A DNA stretch of 64,000 nt from Podarcis melisellensis. Taxonomy: Eukaryota. The position numbers and the translations under genes are program-made. Of this stretch, positions 39,747 through 49,606 are shown piece after piece. Below the pieces are notes generated by a model. The model made no database searches. It had not been told where the DNA came from and saw only the letters and a list, made by a program, of their open reading frames with translations. The stretch is taken from NCBI GenBank assembly GCA_964234715.1, contig OZ174286.1; one strand, written 5' to 3'. Each line of letters starts with the position of its first letter. Position 1 is the stretch's first letter.

Positions 39747-39800
39747 CTGGAAGAGATTCCTAATGGGCTGTTGATGACGAAACATCCTTTCCGAATGTGT
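39524..39800 (-). CDS. RBM33: RBM33 exon 9 (277 nt): THSERMFRHQQPIRNLF(Q14)L...PKNIHINPHFKGTVVTPVQ(V)
   Basis: ttttag|ACA...CAA G|gtgaga; phase 0 to 1; ORF 39483..39785. Confidence 0.95.
39708..39749 (-). repeat. Coding CAG/CAA repeat (Q14) in RBM33 exon 9
   Basis: 14 consecutive CAG/CAA codons. Confidence 0.95.
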
Positions 39801-39884
39801 CTAAAAAGAAATCACAGAAAATCACGTTTGCTCGAAATTGTAATCACCTTAAAAAAACAAAACAAGAGGCATCCCCTGAGACTA

Positions 39885-40053
39885 CTGACTACACTCTCCT
39901 GGAAGTTTGATATCCACAGGCTTATGAGCCATGATAGCTGACTACACTCCTGGAAGTTTGATATTCACAGGCTTATGAGCCATGGAAGTTTGATATTCAC
40001 AGGCTTATGAGCCATGGAAGTTTGATATTCACAGGCTTATGAGCCATGATAGC
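39885..40053. repeat. Compound minisatellite: four copies of a 32-bp unit tggaagtttgatattcacaggcttatgagcca
   Basis: Copies start at 39900, 39951, 39983 and 40015. Confidence 0.95.
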
Positions 40054-40594
40054 TAGATGGAAACTCCATGTACACAGGAAGCCCAATGTGTGGGGAGGGA
40101 GAGGCACCAGCAGGAGACAAGCTCTACTTAGCAGCTTCTCAGAAAGTGGAGGCTTTCAGAATCATGATTATTGTAGCTGCCAGTTCCATTTCTTTACGTT
40201 CTCCCACCAGAATGCTACTACTGCAAACATACAGCAGCTTTCTGCACTACATGGGAGCCTCACTGGAAACTCAGCAAAGTTAAAAGCAGTTTCTGACATT
40301 GGTCCTTGGCTACTCCTAAAATAGCTCCCCCCCCCAAAAGAACTTGGGGCACAGGATCTCTCAGAAACCACAGGATGGGGCAGTGGAGGAACCATGCTCA
40401 TGTATATGCTCTGCCAACAGTGGCTTGGACTTGTGTAGGGGCAGGCACAAACGAAGGTGCTTGCATTCCCATCAATAAATGAACTATTGAATTCAACCTT
40501 AAGCAGCTTATTGCAGTCAGTGTTTTCAAAACAATTTTGCTTAAATAACTAAAATTCACCAACCCTGACCACCATAATCATTGCGTTTGGATAC

Positions 40595-40815
40595 CGTAAC
40601 AGATGTCTGGGTCGACAGCAACGCAGGCCTGTGATCCTTCATTCTTCCCCTTTCATTGTTGTCTCTTCTTTGTTCTCCCATCCCACGACACATTAAAGGC
40701 CCTCCTCTCCTTCCTCCTCCTCCTCCTCCTCTTCTTGAGCCATAACGCCCCTGCTTCATTTGCCTTTCCCTCTCTTCAAATTCAAATAACGCTGCTTTGG
40801 CTTCTGCAGAAAGTT
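40595..40815 (-). CDS. RBM33: RBM33 exon 8 (221 nt): (E)LSAEAKAALFEFEERERQMKQGRYGSRRGGGGGGRRGG...TQTSVT
   Basis: tgatag|AA CTT...GTT ACG|gtatcc; phase 1 to 0; overlaps ORF 40556..40759. Confidence 0.94.
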
Positions 40816-43220
40816 CTATCAGATGAAAGAAGGGGGCGCTTTTAGATATTTACCAGGAGGATTAAAAGGACTAATGAAGTAATAAAATTTTTTCCCTGCA
40901 GCCACAACAAAATTGCACAGCCACCCATCACCCTGATTATAGGGCACACACATTACTTTTACCAGATCTTTTTAATTTGCAAATAGAAATGCATCCTTGC
41001 GTTTATCAAGAAAGAAATGTTTTATTCTTCCAAGAGTGGCTTACAGCTATTGAATTTCTTAAAGCAGATTTCCACCAACATCTCAAATCAGATTGCAACT
41101 AAATTTGTTTTTTGGAATATAAGCACGTGCGTGTCAGTTTGTTGCTCTTTCAAGATCCATCTGTGAAACTACTTTTATTTTTCCTGTCTCTCACAATAAC
41201 CTTAATGTGGCATACTATAGATAGCAAAGGTTCTACAGCTATTATCTGATCAGATTTCATTAAACATATCAATAACAGGTGGGCTTTAAGCAATAAGGAA
41301 ACAACAGACTTAAAGAATAGGTTGGAAAATGAGTATAAATAAAATGCATGAAGATGTATAGTTGAAATGGATCTTATAATTGATTCCACTGCAACTTCCT
41401 GGATCAACATCAGTAACCACCACCTCTATTTCTTTAGATTTAGATATCAATACAAGGTTTCCCTTTCAGTTGAAGCAAATCTCAATAAATTCAATCAGAA
41501 CTGCCTTAGCAGAAAGTCAAGCATTTGCTTTTCTTCATTTTCCCAGGCAAAAGGGTTGTGGGGTGACCAAATGCATACCTTTAAGATGCAAATCTCTGCA
41601 AGCAGTTTTAAATAACACACAAAATGTGTGTTACACACATAGCATAACCATAGTATGCTTCCATTTTAGTTCCTAGGTGTTGAAAGCAGCCCTATACATG
41701 GTCTGCAGGACATCTCCAGCAGAAAGGAGCTCTACAACTGTATAGAGAAACAATTTCTCTGGTTCCTCGGCAGAAGCTAGAAGAAAAGTCAAACATCTAA
41801 TCCGCAATAGATGGTAGAGGACAAACCTGAGCCTCAAGCTGTGGACATGATTTGATAGAACTAACACAGCTCCCTTGCCTGCCTGCAATTTCTTGTTGCT
41901 TATGGCTGCCTGACAAGTGTTTATAAGGCCTGAAGGAAAGTGAGGCCACCGCCTTGCTGAAGGTCTGGGTCTGGCCAGTGTCTGGATGGGGGAACTACAC
42001 ATATAGCTCGATGCATTCCATTACAGACAAAAGGCAGGATATAAATGTAAGAAAATTAATTAATTAAATGCAAGGCTTTGCTAGTGCTATTTGAGCAAGT
42101 TAAATGCCTCAGTTTTACCACCATGGAGGAAAATACTTTTCCCCTCATTTGAGGAAAAAAATAATTCAACTTACTTCAAGCATGCCTTTTTCTATAATCA
42201 CAATAAAGGTTCCATTACATAGCAGACTGCAATGGAGCTCACGGCTTAATTTTTAATTTCATTTTGAATTTGTTACTTAAGGCAACAGATTCAGAAATAT
42301 ATTTGGGGCTGTTAAATAAAGCAAAGCCTGGGCAATACTAATGCTCAGCTTCTAAACTCTCAATGCTCATTCCAACACTCACACAAATGCTTAGAGGTTT
42401 TCTATTGAGTAAGCAGTATATTAATTTTGTTAAATGCATATAAATAAAAATGGAGTTTGGCTATGGAACTCACAACTCTGTACTTCTCATACCTGAAAGC
42501 TTTTCCCTTTCGTTTTTTGTAGGAGGAAGGGGGCTTGACACCACAATTAATTGCTTCGTGAAAGCTTGCTTTATGCAACCAAACTGAAGGAATCTGGTAT
42601 TTACAACTGTGCTGTACAAGCACACTGACAACCTTGTTAGGCAGTTCTATTACTTTTGTCTTTTGTACTTTACAGCCTTGACAAAGGAGCACAAAATGCT
42701 CCAAATGACACTCTCGACTCTGATCCTGTCCCACAAAATCAGAAAAGCAGGTTTTCCAATTTTAAGAGCAAGAAGGGTGTGCAGCTGAGTGCATAGCTCC
42801 GTTGCACTTGCTACATAGCATACCTCCTCATCAAGCACTTCTCTCCCAATCAAGCTCACTTCCAACATCAGAGCACAGCTTAGAAAAGAGCCTGGGGAGA
42901 CAGACTGCAGGGAGCCAGGCCACAAACAGAGACGGGGACGACACCCCCTGTAAACTAAAGCTGGAAATGTGTGTGATTGCAGTAGCTTCACAGCCCTCAG
43001 ATCCATACAGTTGGATTTATGTCCTTCCCGATCCCAAGAAACACAGGCATACTACAACACTGCCCTATTCATTTATTTCAAAATAGTATGTGGGGGTGTG
43101 GACAATAAGGATGCCCCAGCTGGTAGGGAAAAAACAGAAAACCTGCTCTGGTATGAGATCTTCATATCTCAGAAGGACTGCCCAGCTTCCCAGCTCCACC
43201 AAAATGATTCTGATTAGAGG

Positions 43221-43352
43221 TCTCCCTCGGGAGGTTGTGGACTCTCCTTTTTTGGAGGTTTTTTTAACAGAGGTTGTATGGCCAGCTGAGATTCCTGCAT
43301 TGCAGAGGGGTGGACTAGAGATGATCCTCCTGGTTCCTCTATGATTCTATGA
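43221..43352 (+). mobile_element. CR1 LINE 3' end
   Basis: ctccctcgggaggttgtggactctcc...gcagagggggtggactagag...(atgattct)n tail. Confidence 0.8.
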
Positions 43353-43767
43353 GGAATGCTCAGGAGCAGTCCACATGTGCTAACACATCTCTGCTAGGGC
43401 AAGGAAACAATTGCTTCAGGGATGTAATGAAAGCCAGTTCCCCCCGCTCCAAAAAAAGAACCAGCTGGGGAGGAGGGAGAAAATGGGCTCTTACTCCCCT
43501 CCAGTCAAGAGTTTTTGTTTTGTTCTGTGTTTGTTTTTTTACACAAGATGGAGAGAGGGGAGAAATCATTTCCTCAAGAATCCTTTATCCTCTGCCTTCC
43601 ACCCATAATTCCTTATTCCTATTGATGCCATTCTCAACTGAGATATACAAGTTTGCCCATGGGTATTCATTCATTAGAAGCCTTTATATTCAGCTTCTCC
43701 TGCACTTGGGGTATCTCACACCTTTGAAAGCAGGTAGATATAAAACCAAGGAAACATCCATCAATAG

Positions 43768-43902
43768 CAGGCGTAAGGCAAATTGGGCCCTCCAGATGTT
43801 TTGGGACTACAACTCCCATCACCCTTAGCTAACAGGACCAGGTCAGGGATGATAGGAGTTGTAGTCCCAAAACATCTGGAGGGCCCAGTTTGCCTATGCC
43901 TG
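43768..43902. mobile_element. Palindromic hAT MITE
   Basis: CAGGCGTAAGGCAAA...TTTGCCTATGCCTG; 8-bp TSD atcaatag / atcaacag. Confidence 0.9.
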
Positions 43903-44190
43903 ATCAACAGCGTATCAGACATCCCTGTCCTATGGTTCTGCTCCATGCTTTGCTTCCTGGTGGAAGATGGAGCATGAAGAAGAGTACCGGATGAAGATCT
44001 TAACTGGATTGGATCACATATGAGAAGTGGTATAAGACCACATGAAAGAGTACCCTCGAAATAAATTGTTGAATTACTGAGAAATCTTACACCTTCACAT
44101 GAGCACCAAGAAGGGATCCAGAGGCCTTTATATGATCCACTACATGAGGACTTTTCAGCTGCCATTACCACTTCAGAGCCCATACGCTCT

Positions 44191-44785
44191 CATAAGAACC
44201 TAAGAGGAGCCTGTTGGATCAAGCAGCCTGTTCTCACAGTGACCAACCAGATGGCAATGGGAAGCCTGAAAGCAGGACCAGAGTTCTCCCCACGTCTGAT
44301 TTCCAGCAACTGGCATTCAGAGTCATGCTGCCTCCAACAGTGGAAGTGAAACACAGCCATCATAGTGAATATTGTCTATGAATCAGTCTAATCCTCTTTT
44401 AAAGCTATCCAAGTTGATGGCCACCACTACTACTTGGGGGAGTGAATTCCAGAGCCGTGTCCTGTATGAAGTACAGTGGTACCTCGGGTTAAGTACTTAA
44501 TTTGTTCCGGAGGTCCGTTCTTAACCTGAAAGTGTTCTTAACCTGAAGCACCACTTTAGCTAATGGGGCCTCCTGCTGCTGCTGCTGCGCCGGCAGAGCA
44601 CGATTTCTGTTCTCATCCTGAAGCAAAGTTCTTAACCTGAAGCACTATTTCTGGGTTAGCGGAGTGTGTAACCTGAAATGTATGTAACCTGAAGCATATG
44701 TAACCCGAGGTACCACTGTACTTTCTTTTGTCTGTCCTGAACCGTCCAATATACAGTTTCATTGGATGTCCTCAAATTCTAGCGC
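44191..44785 (-). mobile_element. CR1 LINE 3' fragment interrupted by a MITE
   Basis: cataagaacctaagaggagcctgttggatca...ctgttctcacagtgaccaaccagatg; the sequence resumes after 44720 with ctttcttttgtctgtcctgaa...cattggatgtcc. Confidence 0.75.
44474..44718. mobile_element. Tc1/mariner MITE, family C, nested in CR1
   Basis: Perfect TIRs and TA TSD. Confidence 0.92.
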
Positions 44786-46224
44786 TAAGACTTTTTTAAA
44801 AATCAGAGGATCAAGGAACACTCTGTAGCAGTGTTGCAAGTGGCTACTACTAGAAGGGGGCAGGACCAGTAACAGCCCCCTCATGCACTCTTTGGGCCAT
44901 AGTTCCCAAAACAATATTTTATATGCAATACAATATGATCTACCCTCCTGAAAACTCTTTCAAGCCAAGAGATTTCCCTTTTCATTTGCAAAAGCAACAC
45001 TTAGGAGATGCCTCTGCTCCATTCATGAGGGAAAATGTTTAACATATTTTTGCCAGCAGACACCCAATCTTAACTGTAGAATTCTTTCACATACACCTAA
45101 TGCAGTGAATCAGCAATTATTTTTCTAGTGCCTCCAAATGTCAAGATTAATTTTGCTATCCTTGGTAATAAAATGGTTTGAAACGACATCTTTAATCAGC
45201 AAGTAAGAATGCTTCCCTCCAATAGAGACAAGCTGTCACGAAAGGTCACCAAAAAGTGACAGGATGGAAATTACGTTTGTAATTTCCACTGAAATATTAA
45301 TTTCTCTTTTAAGTGTTTTTTCAACTTATGTCTAGATTTTAAAGTAAAGAAATGTAGCTATACAACCAAGTTTCATTTCTATACCCGTAATTCCTATTAA
45401 GAGCAATCAGTACTGAAAGGAAAGTAATATTTATTACGCCAGTTCTACTACATTTTTTAGTCCTATTAGGTTGATCCCTAATAGACATCAATTATTGCAG
45501 ATCTTTTAACGGCTCCAGCTGACAATGACTTTTCAAAGAAAAACTTGGGTGTAAGATACAAAAGACTTGTATAAAATACGTCATTTAGAACTCTTTGCAA
45601 ACTGCTAATCAGTTTGTTTCATTTTTCATTCAACTTTTCATTTTTATTAGCTATAACAGTTTTATGCTATAGTTTACTGGACCATGTGAATATTCATAAA
45701 TTAAATGACTATATATATTTCTATGTATATTAATAATCCTTCTAAGCAGGCCCCACACTGGTAAGAAGCATTTACTAATCTCTCAACTACTTTTCAGATT
45801 AGAGGACAGAAAGTGAAAGGGCTTCTGCAATTGTGGATGTTTCTAGGCACAACTGATTTCTGCTAGTAAATATCGCAATAACATCCTTCTCCAGCTGAAT
45901 TCTGCCTAGGTAACAGCGTGATAACACATACACATACATTTCTATTTCCACAATCAGAAAAATGATATTTTTGCCCACATTATCCACCTACCTGTTTCTG
46001 AGATTAACTAAAGGCGCTGGTTTTAGACAGACACCAAATAAATCAGACTTCTACTAGGAACAAGACATTTTCAGCTGTGGTACAAACCTCAGGGAGGCCA
46101 ACCACGTTCAAACACTCAGGTTTCAGTCTATATTCTGGTTCTTTTAGTTCAACTCAAACTCTGCCTTTTGATGGGCTGTATGCTTTTCCATCTTTTATTA
46201 TTGGGAGGAAGTGCTTATGTCATC

Positions 46225-46760
46225 TTGGGTTTCAGGAAACAAAGGCAAGAGGAATCTGAGTGTAGTCAGACATCCACTCTGGACTTTAAGAAGGCTGATT
46301 TCAAAAAGCTTAAGGAACTACTAGGTGAGATCCCATGGTCAGAAATACTCAAAGAGAAGGGAGTCCAATGGAAGTTTCTTATGGGTAAAATATGGAAGGC
46401 ACAAATGCAGACAATTCCAACAAGAAAGAAAAGTGGGAGGCATCTGAAGAAACAGCTGCACCTGGCATACCAGTAGTACATGTGAAAAGCATTTAAGGGT
46501 CTGATTGAACCATAACTTTAAAATGAATCAACAGTGTGATGCAGCAGCAAAAAAGAGCTAATACTATTCTAGGCTGCTTCAATAGAAATATAGTGTCAGT
46601 TCCACTCTATTCTCCCTTGGTCAGACCACACCTGAGCTACTGAGTCCATTTCTGGCTGCCACAATTTAAGAAAGATATTAAATCTGGGGTGTGTGCAGAG
46701 GAGGGCCTGATGAGGAATGGTTGAGGAAATTGGGCATGTTTAGCCTGGGAAAGAGGAGAA
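46225..46760 (+). mobile_element. Internally deleted CR1 ORF2 remnants
   Basis: SQTSTLDFKKADFKKLKELLGEIPWSEILKEKGVQ followed by aaaatgaatcaacagtgtgatgcagcagcaaaaagagctaat and tttagcctgggaaagaggaga. Confidence 0.8.
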
Positions 46761-47349
46761 ATCAAATTTATCAAACTATTTGATAAATCAGGACCAGATA
46801 ACCCCATATGGTTCATAACCTAGAAACCTACAGTTATTCAGCCCAATACAACACTGGTCTCTAAATCTGTACTATAACACCTATGAATCTGAAATTTCAA
46901 GCCCTGGCTACCATATCTGCAGTGATTCCTGTTTCATGTACCAAACTCCTCTAACTGAGACCTGGTGAGTTCACATTTCCTTTCCTCAAAAGCACACTAC
47001 TTTATCCCACCTTAAATATTTTTATTTAAATGGGAGCAGAGTATTGGTTTTGTTTGTTATTATGGTATGTATTTTTGTGTTTTTATATTGTAAACCACCC
47101 TATGGTCTTTGGGTGAAAGACGGTATAATAATAATAATAAATACTAAATACAGTAAGTAAAAATACAGAAATACAGGGGGCAGTACTAATGCATACAACT
47201 GTTGACATGAATATGTGAACTACAGAGCTTCCTGGAGGCTGCCATTTGCAGGTCTCCCTCCAATCAATCACTGTTTAAATGCCTATGTTACTTTCGTAAG
47301 AGAACTGAGACAGTGATGCACCTTAAAAGGGTATATCTATTATTATGAT

Positions 47350-47720
47350 TTATTAAATTTGTATACCGCCCTTCACCTGAAGATCACAGGTTAGTTCACA
47401 ACATGAAAACATAAATACATAATCAAACAAAAACAAACCAATAACCCCCCTCCGACAAACACATTTAAAAGGCCACGGAACAGTTAATCAGCCCAAGGCC
47501 CGATTGCAAAGAAACATTTTTTTCCTGGCGCCTAAAAATATGTAATGATGGCGCCAGGTAAGCCTCCCCAGTGACAGCATTCCACAAATGGAAAGGAAAG
47601 GCCCGTGCTTGTGTTGCCAATCTCCAGACCTCTTGTAGAGGGGGCACACAAGGATGGTCTTAGATGATGATCACACGGTCTGGGTTGGTTCATTTGGGGA
47701 GAAGCAGTCCTTGAGATAAG
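47350..47720 (-). mobile_element. L2 LINE 3' fragment
   Basis: ORF 47465..47647 (RAFPFHLWNAV...LAPSLHIFRRQ) plus an L2-type tail; similar tail at 57675-57840. Confidence 0.75.
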
Positions 47721-48474
47721 CAACAGAAAACACACTCCTGAGGTTGTCGCATCTTGGGATAAACCAGCATGTTCTGTTCTCAAACTACACAAGGCCTTTG
47801 TATTGATTCTGAAGCTGAGAACATTTCAAAAGCAGACTTGTTTGCATGTACTTTTGCAAGATGGCACACTGAGACTGTAAATAATTCAGTAGCAATCCTG
47901 CCGGTTCCACCTCACTATGATGACAGCATAAATGTGAGAGTTCTTTCAGGAACCATCTTTAATCAGCCAAACCTTCTAGAAAAGTGTGTGTTGGTAGAAA
48001 GACCTGCTCCCACGCTGAGCAGACATTGCGTGTCACCCTAGAGATAACACGTTTGTTCCCAAATTGGGAAAGAGAGACACATCTAGACGTAACCAAAAGT
48101 ATATTCTTTTACTTATGTAAAACTGACGTGAGACCCATCAGACAGATATTCACTGTTCCTGGACATTTAAAAAGTATTTTCCTTTTAACAACTTTGTTTC
48201 TTGGACACAGTAACAGTCTCAGTCACCATTATGAGAGTCATCCAATCTATACCAAGAAATGAACAGCATATTCCAAAAAGAATTACACCGCTTGCAGTAT
48301 TGTTTCCTATTAGGAGTTTTTATTTTTATAATTTAGGCCTTCCTACCTTGTGCCAATTGCAGCAACCAGATAAAAACAATTATCAACCTAATATCATATG
48401 GTAACACTTAATGTTAATTATAAGCATGACTGCCATGCAGACTTAAAATAGATCGTGTAAAAATGGCAGATAAT

Positions 48475-48626
48475 GGGACCCTTTGGTGCAAAGGGTCAGG
48501 GCATTTGGCTATTAATCAGAAAGTTGGTGGTTAAAGCCTGCCAAGGAACTGCTATGGGAAGGATTTCTTCATGGCAGGGGGTGGTACTAGATAACGCTTG
48601 GGGTCTCTTCTAACCTTATGATTCTT
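48475..48626 (+). mobile_element. Degraded tRNA-head SINE with a CR1-like tail
   Basis: tggtgcaaagggtcagggcatttggctattaatcagaaagttggtggttaaagcc...ggcagggggtggtactagat...tatgattct. Confidence 0.6.
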
Positions 48627-49434
48627 TGAACATATCACTTTTATAATCTATGGTAATAGAAAGGCATTTGAAATTGGAAATATCAGTTATTTGCTCCAGA
48701 AGCATCTGGATTTTAAAAAATAGCTTCTGAGTTAATACAGTATTTTTCAACCTTTATGAAATCACAACCTCCTCCTAAAAGTAAAGCAGTTTAAATTGGG
48801 GAGGGAATAGAGGAAATAAAAAGAAAGCTCCAGCTGCTCTGCTATCAAACTCTGGGGCAGAATTACATGGCCAATAAACAGAATAAATTCATCCTGAAAA
48901 ATTAGTAATGGATTTACGATAGCTGACATGTGCTTTCACCTAATGTCCAAACTTGAATTTCAGAGTTATATACACAGAATTGAGACTCAATGTGCAGCCA
49001 TAAGCTACTGTTAAATGAACAAGACTGCATGAGCCTCACTTTTAAACTGACAAAGCTACCCATTGTGGCCAAACTTGGGAGGAACTGTAGCCGTGAATAC
49101 TCAAAAACTAGAAGCCTTATCTTCAGATATCCTCATGGCTCAAGGCTCATGCAGGCTCATTCATACAATTCTAAATTGGCATTAGAATTAAACAGGCCCA
49201 CTGTGCATTTTTTAAAAAGCAACACAAAACTGAAATGGTAGGGGAATTTTTTTTGTTACTTGCCACTAAAACTCTATTATAGACCTACTTACCATCCACT
49301 TTGGTTTGTATTTCTCTTTGGTCACTTTAGAGTAATGCTTACAGATTCATACTAAACTGTACAAATAATGTGTTGGTTTGTTTAATTAAAAGCACCTAAA
49401 TTCTAGTGCCATGACCACTAACCAAAAATCTTAC

Positions 49435-49606
49435 CCAAAGTTTCTGGAATGTTTCTTCGCTCTCTCGTTACATCCGAAAGTCTAATGATTGTTCCTTCTT
49501 TCCGTTCAGTTTTGAAACGTAATCGACCAGATTCTTCATCATCTTCCTCTTCTTCATCAGACTCTTCTTTGGTTTCTTCTTGAAGCTCTAGGTTTTCAAT
49601 AACTGC
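49435..49606 (-). CDS. RBM33: RBM33 exon 7 (172 nt): AVIENLELQEETKEESDEEEEDDEESGRLRFKTERKEGTIIRLSDVTRERRNIPETL(E)
   Basis: taatag|GCA...TTG G|gtaaga; phase 0 to 1; strongly conserved motif. Confidence 0.96.

Noticed and set aside
39885-40053. 32-bp direct repeats resembling a CRISPR array
   Set aside because: Three of the four copies are head-to-tail with no spacers, there are no cas genes, and the context is a vertebrate intron. It is a minisatellite.
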